Position numbers and translations under genes: made by a program. The notes below the pieces were generated by a model. It worked only from the letters and a program-made list of their open reading frames with translations. It was not told the DNA's origin and ran no database searches. From contig JAEOTX010000115.1 in NCBI GenBank assembly GCA_016839605.1, positions 1 through 16,601 of the forward strand: 16,601 nucleotides of DNA, read 5' to 3'. Origin of the DNA: Candidatus Thorarchaeota archaeon. GTDB taxonomy: Archaea > Asgardarchaeota > Thorarchaeia > Thorarchaeales > Thorarchaeaceae. Positions 7,006-14,800 of the stretch are shown here, one piece after another (position 1 is the stretch's first letter; every line of letters starts with the position of its first letter).

Positions 7006-8894
7006 AGAACCTGACTATCATTGTTTCCAGATGACTTGACTGAGCGTACAAACTCGCTGTTGACACGATAGACGGGGAATCCACTAGCAATTAATTCCTC
7101 CACAAGGGTCTCAACAGCATGGCTCTCCATATTCATCATGCGAGAGAGTCTTGACAGGCCCATACGGTCATATGAGAGCAGTAGTATCTTGATCCTCTGC
7201 AATGACTCGTCATAGGGCTCACGTTCATGGTAGTATGTGTCCTTTCGGGACTTATAGAAAAGAACCGAATAGGAAGCTCCTGTCAAGGAAAGAACAATGC
7301 CCAGGAGAGCGAATCTCCAAATGTTCGGATTTGGAGCAGAAACGCCCAGATTATACACAAGACCTAAGCTGTATTTATCCGGAAAATCAAGATTGTATCC
7401 ACCGTGGGCCAGCTGTAGACCTAATGCAATTCCCTCTCGTGTATTAACATTGAGATCCGACACTGGAATCAAGAACTCGTAGATGAGAACCCCGTTTGTT
7501 TCAGAAGAAGCAGAAACAACATTTGGAAACAAACTGTTGTACACCCCAAAGACAGACGTGTAAGTACTGCCTGCGCTAGGTGAAGCCTGGGAGACCCCCA
7601 AATCTTGAGTCTGAATGCTCCAAAGGCCATCCGCATTTGCATCGAGAAACAGAACTGCTCTGGAGTGATATGAGTCAGGTATCGGTGATTCAATAGCTAT
7701 ATACAGACTGTCTGAGGTGAAACCAGCCGTCACATTAACGAGAACTTCCTCCCCGCACTCGCTCCTGAAATCAAACTCATACTGCTTTGCCTGAGTTGCT
7801 TCGTTCTCGTCCACACTGCCATCGATAACTGGTTGGATTGGCATGAACCAGACACCGAACTCATACTCACGCACATTGATACGAAGCGTATAGACAGCTG
7901 TTGTTTGATGACCTTCAGAGTTCGTGGCATGCACAGTCAGACGCAACGAAACAGGAAATATGGTTTCTTCGCCATAGATGAGGAAGGGAACTTCAAAATC
8001 CCATGGGGAGTCTACTTTGAATGAGGGTCCCTTTTCCCATGAACAGGACAAGTTAGTAGCGGCTCCACGTACCTCAAGGTCCAATATATCCAGAGGATAC
8101 ACAATTGAGTTGTTCCCGGGGCTAAGAAGCACAATCTCGGGATCAGTAGACTTGGATTCTCTCTCAAACTCATAGATATCAACTGATTCTAGACTGAGAC
8201 GACATGGTTCCACTTGATTATGATGACCTGAAACGATGAAAGTCATGGTCAAAGGTGATTGAGGAACTGTTCGTGATACGAATGCAACGAGTGTAGTATC
8301 AATCTCCAGTCGAACAATAGTTTCGGTCCACTCAATCCTAAGAATGTGCCATCCATTCATGTCCCCAGTTTCAACACTCGCTACTGTTCTTTCTCCATCT
8401 GCGTAGGAGACTAGAAAGAGTCCCCCATCCCAACAATCAATGAAGACTCCATTCTGACACAATCGACCATTAGCTATCCAGTCGCTTTCATCGTCCTGCC
8501 ATTCGTCACACCAGCCGATACAGGAATAGCAGGTTCCCTGGGTGAAAGAGGCATTTATCTCTGCGATAATTCCCGGACCAAAATCTCGTGTAGACCTCAA
8601 AAGCACAGTCTTGAGCTGCTCCCCCCACATATCAAGGATTTCTCCATCGTTCCAAGCAAGACTAGGATTATTGATCTCGATGAGGTTCCACTCAGAGCTG
8701 TTGTAACCGAGTGGTGAACTCTGGAACTGCTCAGTGAAGATAAGTTGACCTCTACTTTCGGAGATGGCACCAAGGCTTTCTGCAGAAGCGATTCTTGGAT
8801 ATCCTGTTGATGTTTCGCTGTGAGGACTGGTGCTTGACACAGGTATACTAGCTAGAAGAAATACTGCGATTGCCAACAGCACCAGTCTTCTCAA
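7002..8894 (-). CDS. Single-pass membrane protein: extracellular ConA/LamG-like, Ig-like and CBM9/DOMON-like domains; cytoplasmic PCI-like winged helix
   Basis: Signal peptide LRRLVLLAIAVFLLASIP; WHILRIEWTETIVRLEID (ConA-like); PEIVLLSPGNNS (Ig-like); PVIDGSVDENE...DSLYIAIE...LFLDANADG...YEFLIPVSDL (CBM9-like); TM IWRFALLGIVLSLTGASYSVLFY; tail SYDRMGLSRLSRMMNMESHAVETLVEELIASG. TTG 8894 has a GAGGAG RBS; ATG 8918 is the alternative start. 4-nt convergent overlap with 5482..7005. Confidence 0.75.
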   Translation of the reverse strand: MRRLVLLAIAVFLLASIPVSSTSPHSETSTGYPRIASAESLGAISESRGQLIFTEQFQSSPLGYNSSEWNLIEINNPSLAWNDGEILDMWGEQLKTVLLRSTRDFGPGIIAEINASFTQGTCYSCIGWCDEWQDDESDWIANGRLCQNGVFIDCWDGGLFLVSYADGERTVASVETGDMNGWHILRIEWTETIVRLEIDTTLVAFVSRTVPQSPLTMTFIVSGHHNQVEPCRLSLESVDIYEFERESKSTDPEIVLLSPGNNSIVYPLDILDLEVRGAATNLSCSWEKGPSFKVDSPWDFEVPFLIYGEETIFPVSLRLTVHATNSEGHQTTAVYTLRINVREYEFGVWFMPIQPVIDGSVDENEATQAKQYEFDFRSECGEEVLVNVTAGFTSDSLYIAIESPIPDSYHSRAVLFLDANADGLWSIQTQDLGVSQASPSAGSTYTSVFGVYNSLFPNVVSASSETNGVLIYEFLIPVSDLNVNTREGIALGLQLAHGGYNLDFPDKYSLGLVYNLGVSAPNPNIWRFALLGIVLSLTGASYSVLFYKSRKDTYYHEREPYDESLQRIKILLLSYDRMGLSRLSRMMNMESHAVETLVEELIASGFPVYRVNSEFVRSVKSSGNNDSQVL

Positions 8895-8984
8895 ATTTAC
8901 AATCTCCTCACTGGCCATGGATTTGGGAATTGGTTGGCAAAAAGCCTTACCTTTCTTAGTAGCTCTCTGTCCTAACCCGCCATG

Positions 8985-9013
8985 AGCGCAATAAGGCTCT
9001 AACGTTTATTAGA
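8985..9013. promoter_or_regulatory. Putative back-to-back divergent TATA-like boxes (CCTTATTG on -, TTTATTAG on +)
   Basis: Lies in the intergenic region between divergent genes; AT-rich boxes point toward each gene. Confidence 0.35.
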
Positions 9014-9079
9014 AGGAATGAAACCAACCTCTGTAATTGCTGAGATTTCAGTAGTTTGACAATTCTCCAAGTGATACTC

Positions 9080-10609
9080 ATGATTAGAAAGAAGGGTTTT
9101 GATACTTCACAATATCTCGCTGCTCAGATCAAGCGGATTATGGAACGAGTAGACCATTTCGATAAGCTCTATCTTGAGTTTGGAGGGAAACTCCGATATG
9201 ACCATCATGCCTCGAGAGTGCTTCCTGGTTTTGAGCTCGACACAAAGGTCCAGATGCTCAAGAAACTGGGTGAGAATATCGAGATTATTCACTGCATCAG
9301 TGCAAAGGATATCGAGCGACGAAAAATAAGACGGGACTTTGGCCTGACATATGAGGACCAAATTCTCAAGGACATTAGTGACTTGAAGCAACTGGAACTT
9401 GATGTAACTGCTGTGATGATTAGTAGATACAGTGGAGAGCACACCTCTGACAAGTTCAAACAACGTCTTGAGAACAGGGGCATCAGAGTATTCACTACTC
9501 ATGAGATCACTGACTACCTCACGGATCCAGATAAGGTGGTCAGTGATTTGGGCTATGGAAAATTCGACTATGTAGACACTGAGAAGAAGATTATCATCGT
9601 CACAGCGCCAGGACCTGGCAGTGGGAAGATGAGCTTTGCCATGAGTCAGATCTATCATGACAGACAAGAGGGTATAATGAGTACTTTCGCGAAGTTCGAG
9701 ACCTTTCCAATATGGAACCTACCCGTGGATCATCCTGTGAACATTGCATATGAGGCTGCAACGGCGGATATCGGTGACTACAATTGTGTTGATCCCTTTC
9801 ACAAAGAGGCCTATGGCATTGAGGCAACCAATTACAATAGGGATGTAGAAAACTTCTCCATCATCAAGAAGATCATTGAGAAGATCACTCCTGCTGGAGA
9901 CCCCTTGGCAGATATCAAGAGTCCTACAGACATGGGAGTCAATATGGCCAAGGAAGGGATAGTTGACGACAGTGTGGTGCGACAGGCAAGTATTGATGAG
10001 ATTGTACGAAGGCATTACCAATACCAGAGAGACTTCGTTGAGGGCAATGTCACACACGACACACTTGAGCGCATGGATAGAATAATGACCCGTGTGAATG
10101 CCAAACCAGAAGATCGCACAGTGGCAATTCACGCAAATAGAGCTCTGGAAGAAAGCTCAAAGAAATCAAAGATTATGCCAAGAGAGATGCATACTGGAGC
10201 CGCTATCGAGATACAACCCAAGGAAAAAGCATCCATCATTCTCACCGGAAAACAATCAAGGATTCTCAATTCAGAGTCCGCTGCACTCCTCAATGCGGTC
10301 AAATACATAGCAGGAATTCCAGACGAGATTGATGTTCTTTCGCCAATCATCATTGAGAGCATAATGAAGCTCAAGGAACAGATGGGCACAATGGATACCA
10401 GTCTTGATATCAAGGAGGTACTTGATGCTCTTGCTGTAAGTGCAGTCTTCAATCCAAACGCTGCAGAATGTGTCAATGCATTGCAGGAGCTGGATGGATG
10501 CGAAATGCATAGTACACATCTTACAGGACGAGGATGTGAAAAGGCTCTCAAGGAATTAGGTCTCATCCTTACGACAGATGCTAGAATCCCAATGGTCAAT
10601 AATTGGTGA
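9080..10609 (+). CDS. DUF1846 (UPF0371) family protein with P-loop-like motif
   Basis: Family motifs KGFD..YL, KLYLEFGGKL..DHHASRVLPGF, TAPGPGSGK, AKFETFPIWNLP..HPVNIAYEAATAD, DPFH..AYG, NYNRDVE, SPTDMGVN, GCEMHST. ATG 9080 preferred over TTG 9056. Confidence 0.93.
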   Translation: MIRKKGFDTSQYLAAQIKRIMERVDHFDKLYLEFGGKLRYDHHASRVLPGFELDTKVQMLKKLGENIEIIHCISAKDIERRKIRRDFGLTYEDQILKDISDLKQLELDVTAVMISRYSGEHTSDKFKQRLENRGIRVFTTHEITDYLTDPDKVVSDLGYGKFDYVDTEKKIIIVTAPGPGSGKMSFAMSQIYHDRQEGIMSTFAKFETFPIWNLPVDHPVNIAYEAATADIGDYNCVDPFHKEAYGIEATNYNRDVENFSIIKKIIEKITPAGDPLADIKSPTDMGVNMAKEGIVDDSVVRQASIDEIVRRHYQYQRDFVEGNVTHDTLERMDRIMTRVNAKPEDRTVAIHANRALEESSKKSKIMPREMHTGAAIEIQPKEKASIILTGKQSRILNSESAALLNAVKYIAGIPDEIDVLSPIIIESIMKLKEQMGTMDTSLDIKEVLDALAVSAVFNPNAAECVNALQELDGCEMHSTHLTGRGCEKALKELGLILTTDARIPMVNNW

Positions 10610-10690
10610 TTCTTCTTCACAGAGAAAATGTGTTCTAAACATACTACTCAGAGGGATTGAGGGGAGCGCATATTAGGTCTCAAAGGTAAT

Positions 10691-11542
10691 GTGTCATGGG
10701 TGGTTAATGACTTGAAGATTCAGGAGCTAAAGGAAAAGGTATTCCCCCTACTGAGAGCTGGAAAAAGAGAAGACGCTCTAGAACTAATCAGGAGTGCTGA
10801 ATCTGAGGCATTGAACACGCTTCAGTGGATTGGCAAGGACTCCGATGAACGAGCAGAGGTCTTTGCGAATGCATGCCAAGTCTTCATTCATCTCGAGGAT
10901 GGCAATCCTGAGAAAGCAGTGTCATTCATTGACCAAGCTGGAGATGACGAGGTCTCACTAGGTCTGCTAACTATATCCCAAATCGTTGTCAAAGAGGTTG
11001 GTCTACCCGAGGGCGGCGGTATACCGTCGACTATCGACCTCTGCATATCACTTGCTGAGGTTGGTTCGAAATATGCCCTCTCGAAGGACAGCAGGAAACA
11101 TGCTGCAATGCTCAATCACAATGTAGCTGCATTCATCTCCCCAGACTTCGATGACAACATCCCAGAAACATTGCTGGAAAAAGGAGAGAGAGCGGCAGTC
11201 AATTCTCTTGAGATTCGAAAAGAGATGGGAGCCCCAGTGGGAGTCTCGTGGGGAGAGTGGATGGCAGGAATATACAGCCTAGCAAAGGGCGATGGTAAGG
11301 AAGCGTTAGAACACTTCAGCGAAAGCTCACGCGTAGCTGACGAGATAGAGGAAGAGAAGGGCAGAATGACATACGCTGCATGGGCCGACCTTTACCACGG
11401 AAAGACACTCGCGAAGCTTTTCCCAGATAAACGAGAGAAAGGCTTGAAACTGATGCAGAAAGCTCATGGCCTGTTCAAAGAGATTGAGGATGACTGGAGT
11501 ATTGGACATGCAGGGGCGCTTCTTGAGCGGTTTTCAGAGTGA
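10691..11542 (+). CDS. TPR-like alpha-helical repeat protein
   Basis: 283 aa, helical pattern with TPR-like units AAVNSLEIRKEMG..., GDGKEALEHFSES, GLKLMQKAHGLFKEIED. Exact start uncertain. Confidence 0.65.
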   Translation: MSWVVNDLKIQELKEKVFPLLRAGKREDALELIRSAESEALNTLQWIGKDSDERAEVFANACQVFIHLEDGNPEKAVSFIDQAGDDEVSLGLLTISQIVVKEVGLPEGGGIPSTIDLCISLAEVGSKYALSKDSRKHAAMLNHNVAAFISPDFDDNIPETLLEKGERAAVNSLEIRKEMGAPVGVSWGEWMAGIYSLAKGDGKEALEHFSESSRVADEIEEEKGRMTYAAWADLYHGKTLAKLFPDKREKGLKLMQKAHGLFKEIEDDWSIGHAGALLERFSE

Positions 11543-11557
11543 TTCATGAACTTGTTT

Positions 11558-12379
11558 CTACTCTGGTTTAGTCCCCATCGCCAACACTGCGTCTCTTGCT
11601 TGATGTATTCCATCAGCCTTCTTGTAATTCTTCAGAACCGCGAAGGCCAGACCCTTCAATTCTTCAATGGTGATGATTCCCTTCTGCTGAAGCTCCTCCA
11701 TGACCTCCATCCATTCTTGGTCCACAAATTCCTCCCACCACTCTTCCTCAGAGGTATAGACCATATCAAAATGCTCCACCACCGTCTTGATGTCAACAAA
11801 TCCAGCTTTTGAGAGGATTGAGTCCCACCCTTCACTTGTCTCTCTGTGTGACCACCCTGCAATGTTCTTTCGGTGAGGCGAATCCAAAGGAAGGTATTCG
11901 AATAGCAGGTCTCTCATGATAGCAGTGTCATCTGCTTTTGCCCACCCACTGATGGCAGCTCTACCCCCGCTCTTGAGCACACGGAATATCTCTGACATCA
12001 TCCTGTCAGGAGCGATGTGCTCGTTCTGGTCAAAGTCGAAGGCGTCATCCCAACCAATGAATCCTGATGTGACAAAATCAAACAACTCGTCATCAAAGGT
12101 CATCTTACGAGCGTCCATGAAGAGGACCTCTGCATTAGAGATGTCGCACCTTTTGATCTCGCCTGAGGTGCGGTTAAAGCATCCTTCACAGGTCTCAATG
12201 CCAGTGACTCGCCCCTTGAGACCCACTCTTTTAGCTGCTGGATACAAGGACGCTCCACCTCCTGTGCCAACATCAAGAACATGCGATCCTGTTGCTGGTT
12301 TAACCAGTTCGACAAGTCGTTGTCCGAAGTGGTCCCAATATGTCCCCCAAGTCTTAGGCGTGAGAGAATCAACCTCCAT
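11558..12379 (-). CDS. Class I SAM-dependent methyltransferase (UbiE/MenG-like fold)
   Basis: Motif I VLDVGTGGG, MDARKMTFDDELFDFV, EIFRVLKSGG; GGTGG RBS. Confidence 0.92.
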   Translation of the reverse strand: MEVDSLTPKTWGTYWDHFGQRLVELVKPATGSHVLDVGTGGGASLYPAAKRVGLKGRVTGIETCEGCFNRTSGEIKRCDISNAEVLFMDARKMTFDDELFDFVTSGFIGWDDAFDFDQNEHIAPDRMMSEIFRVLKSGGRAAISGWAKADDTAIMRDLLFEYLPLDSPHRKNIAGWSHRETSEGWDSILSKAGFVDIKTVVEHFDMVYTSEEEWWEEFVDQEWMEVMEELQQKGIITIEELKGLAFAVLKNYKKADGIHQARDAVLAMGTKPE

Positions 12380-12413
12380 TTAGAATACCACCACGTTATA
12401 GTGGTCCAGGGTT

Positions 12414-12437
12414 CATAAATAGCATTGAGCTCAACGC
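12414..12437 (-). promoter_or_regulatory. TATA-like box (TATTTATG) with an abutting palindrome GCATTGAGCTCAACGC
   Basis: Perfect 10-bp core TTGAGCTCAA at 12425-12434, 14/16 symmetric overall, in a divergent intergenic region. Confidence 0.45.
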
Positions 12438-12501
12438 AATTCCCACTCACATCCATCTCTCCAACAGACTGATTAGAAAAAGCATGTTTCATTGATGAAT
12501 C

Positions 12502-13326
12502 GTGAGGCATTCTATGGTCGGGAAGATTGACCCAGAGATTGTATTCCTAGGGACTGGTGCCGCAATCACTCTACCAGCATTCTTCTGCACCTGCTCCACA
12601 TGTGAAGAGGCACGCAATGACCCCAGCCTTAGACGAACTCGTTCTGCACTTGCACTCCTTGGTGAAGAGACCACGGTAATAGATGTGGGTCCAGATATAG
12701 AACATCAACTTGAGAGAGAAGGAATCAGAACCGTCGATAACATCTTCATCACGCATTGGCATTACGACCACTTTTGGGGTCTTCCTGGATTCTTCGAGCC
12801 AGTGAGCATTAGCAAATGGGGTCGGATTCAGTTGTATGGCCCAGTTGATGTCATTGGTCGTTTTGAACGTGACTATGAAGGGATGAAAGGGTGGTTCGAG
12901 CTTCACACTGTCAAGCCAGGTGATAGAGTGCAGTTGAAAGACGCTGCCTGGGAGGTAGTGAAGACAACACACACCGAGTACAGTGTGGGCTACATTGTAG
13001 AAGCTAAAACAAAGTTCGCCTATCTTGTGGATGGTGTAGTCCCACCTCCTGAAACAGTCAGTAGACTGGATGGCTTGGACCTATTGATCGTGGAATCGAC
13101 AATGGACTCTTTAGATGTCGAATGGCACAACTTCCAACTTGATGATGCAGTTAAATTCTGGAAAGAAACTGGCATTCCAAAATGCATCCTCACTCATCTC
13201 TCATGTCATGGATGGAAAGAGGACAAACTGATAGCTGGTATGACCCCCTCAGAAAGAAAGGACTATGAGGGCAAGCATCAGGGTCTGACATTCGCATATG
13301 ATGGAATGCGCATTTCAGTTGGTTGA
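12502..13326 (+). CDS. MBL-fold metallo-hydrolase, PhnP-like phosphodiesterase family
   Basis: FLGTGA...PAFFCTCSTC (structural Zn site), RRTRSA, IDVGPD, THWHYDH (HxHxDH), AYLVD, LTHLS, AYDGM. ATG 12514 is an alternative start. No other phn genes in the window. Confidence 0.9.
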   Translation: MRHSMVGKIDPEIVFLGTGAAITLPAFFCTCSTCEEARNDPSLRRTRSALALLGEETTVIDVGPDIEHQLEREGIRTVDNIFITHWHYDHFWGLPGFFEPVSISKWGRIQLYGPVDVIGRFERDYEGMKGWFELHTVKPGDRVQLKDAAWEVVKTTHTEYSVGYIVEAKTKFAYLVDGVVPPPETVSRLDGLDLLIVESTMDSLDVEWHNFQLDDAVKFWKETGIPKCILTHLSCHGWKEDKLIAGMTPSERKDYEGKHQGLTFAYDGMRISVG

Positions 13327-13334
13327 TTCCAATT

Positions 13335-13351
13335 TGAATTCTAGAAATTCA
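13335..13351. terminator. Possible bidirectional terminator hairpin TGAATT-CTAGA-AATTCA
   Basis: 6-bp AT-rich inverted repeat in the 30-nt gap between convergent stops; weak. Confidence 0.3.
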
Positions 13352-13356
13352 GCAAT

Positions 13357-13941
13357 CTACATTACCGCATCGCAGTTCTTGCATTGAGACCGAATGGCCA
13401 AGTTTTTGTATCCACAGTACTGGCATTCGACTATTTCACCGATTCTCTCGAATGCTCTTGTTGAAATTGGGTCAAGTCCAGTGAACTCCATGACCTCATC
13501 AGATACAGGATCATAGATGCGAATCGCATAGAACGATTCGTTTCCACTCGAGTGGGTCGCCCTTGATTCAATGAACTGACCCAATGGTCTTCCCGCAAAG
13601 TGTTCCAGAGAGAAAGATTTCGCAATCTTACCACCCCTCACCTCGAGTATCCTGTCAGTGGTGAGGTAATATCTTGTTCGTTTCACTTTAATCAGTGTGC
13701 CAAGGAGTATACTGATTCCAATGAGGGTCAGGATGCCAAATATGATTCCAACAGATAGTCCAAAATGCTCGACTGACGCAAGGGAAATCCCTGGACCCCC
13801 TGCAACAACAATGAAACCAAAGAAGATGATCCAGAATCCAGTGCCCGCTTTTCGACTCCAAAGAATCTTCTCTGCGGGCAGCATGCCCACTTCTGGAGGG
13901 TCAAAACGTCCCATATCAGATGAGATTGAGCTTTCGTTCAT
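13357..13941 (-). CDS. 2-TM membrane protein with bacterial-PH-like domain and C-terminal C4 zinc ribbon (paralog A)
   Basis: EKILW..., two TM helices, RYYLTTDRILEVRGG (bPH-type), CQYC...CKNC. ATG 13941 (GGTG RBS) preferred over 13977; 13914 also possible. Confidence 0.8.
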   Translation of the reverse strand: MNESSISSDMGRFDPPEVGMLPAEKILWSRKAGTGFWIIFFGFIVVAGGPGISLASVEHFGLSVGIIFGILTLIGISILLGTLIKVKRTRYYLTTDRILEVRGGKIAKSFSLEHFAGRPLGQFIESRATHSSGNESFYAIRIYDPVSDEVMEFTGLDPISTRAFERIGEIVECQYCGYKNLAIRSQCKNCDAVM

Positions 13942-14083
13942 ACGGACACCATGTTCAAACATCGGTACAAGTCTCATATGATATTTCTTCGTCTTAGCTG
14001 GCTAATCTTGGAAATCTAATCCATATGCTCAGACAACGAACCCTAAAATTGCTAGTTGCACATGTAATCCGCAGGGTGAACCA

Positions 14084-14638
14084 ATGCGATTTGACCCACC
14101 AAGGCAGGGACTAGAAGCTGGTGAGAGTATTATCTGGACAAGGAGAGAAGGTACCGGCGGCAAAGTCATTGTATCCGGTTTCCTCTTCTTCATGATTTCA
14201 CCAGTGGTTATGGTTTGGACTTACAACCTGTATGGCATGAGTATGGTGGGAGCCGTCGCCTTCCTGTTGTTCATCATCTTCATTGCCATAGCTGTGGGTT
14301 TCATCCGTGAGAGGAGAACTAGGTATTATCTGACTACTGATAGGATCATTGAGGCTCGCGGAGGGATCTTAGTCAAAGAGGTGCCTTTGGACCACTTTGC
14401 GGGAGTACCTCTGAGCCAGTTCCTTGAAGCCAAGGTTACACATCAAGTCAATCATCGGCCAATCTACACGATAAGAGTTTACGACCCTGTCACTGATGAT
14501 GTGTTTGAACTGCAGGGTCTTGACGGCTCATCGTGGAGGGCTTTTGAGAGAATAGGGCAGACTAGTGAATGTCCTTACTGCGAATACAACAATATAGGGA
14601 TAAGTTCAAAGTGCAAGAATTGCGGCGCCACATTGTAG
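14084..14638 (+). CDS. 2-TM membrane protein with bacterial-PH-like domain and C-terminal C4 zinc ribbon (paralog B)
   Basis: GGGTGA RBS; GESIIW..., two TM helices, RYYLTTDRIIEARGG, CPYC...CKNC. Clearly homologous to 13357..13941. Confidence 0.82.
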   Translation: MRFDPPRQGLEAGESIIWTRREGTGGKVIVSGFLFFMISPVVMVWTYNLYGMSMVGAVAFLLFIIFIAIAVGFIRERRTRYYLTTDRIIEARGGILVKEVPLDHFAGVPLSQFLEAKVTHQVNHRPIYTIRVYDPVTDDVFELQGLDGSSWRAFERIGQTSECPYCEYNNIGISSKCKNCGATL

Positions 14639-14744
14639 CTAGCTGTTCAGTAGAACCTCTAATTCAGAAGCAAATGTGAACAATCACGATAAGTCAGGGA
14701 TTGTGCGCTATTCGGTCTTGATTGGCAACGTATATTCTCGCAAG

Positions 14745-14794
14745 ATTTCGTTATAAAAATTAATAAACAAAAAGATTAACGAAATAATGGAGGT
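14745..14794 (+). promoter_or_regulatory. AT-rich promoter bracketed by a perfect 9-bp inverted repeat, followed by GGAGGT RBS
   Basis: ATTTCGTTA (14745-14753) and TAACGAAAT (14777-14785), 23-nt spacer with TATA-like sequence; RBS at 14789-14794. Confidence 0.55.
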
Positions 14795-14800
14795 TGTTTT

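Noticed and set aside
7200-7255. Tyr-rich juxtamembrane tail (TYYHEREPYDESL) as a YxxPhi sorting signal
   Set aside because: None of these tyrosines fits YxxPhi spacing.
8943-8998. AGCCTTA...TAAGGCT inverted repeat in the divergent intergenic region
   Set aside because: 7 bp with a ~42-nt spacer; explainable by opposing TATA-like boxes or chance.
9107-10620. Long antisense ORFs (186, 137, 163 aa) opposite DUF1846, and similar shadow ORFs elsewhere (2077..2469, 5907..6284, 11916..12383, 12571..12972)
   Set aside because: They overlap well-supported genes and show no recognisable motifs; typical antisense shadows.
12390-12405. ACCAC-N6-GTGGT hairpin possibly sequestering the methyltransferase RBS
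   Set aside because: Only 5 bp, and the predicted TSS (~12390) would exclude the 5' arm.
12502-13326. Assigning phnP and a C-P lyase pathway
   Set aside because: Family resemblance only; no phnG-M genes nearby, so no gene symbol was given.
13357-14638. Inverted paralogs as an invertible element or mobile-element ends
   Set aside because: Nucleotide sequences are synonymously diverged, and no recombinase, transposase, terminal repeats or target-site duplication were seen.
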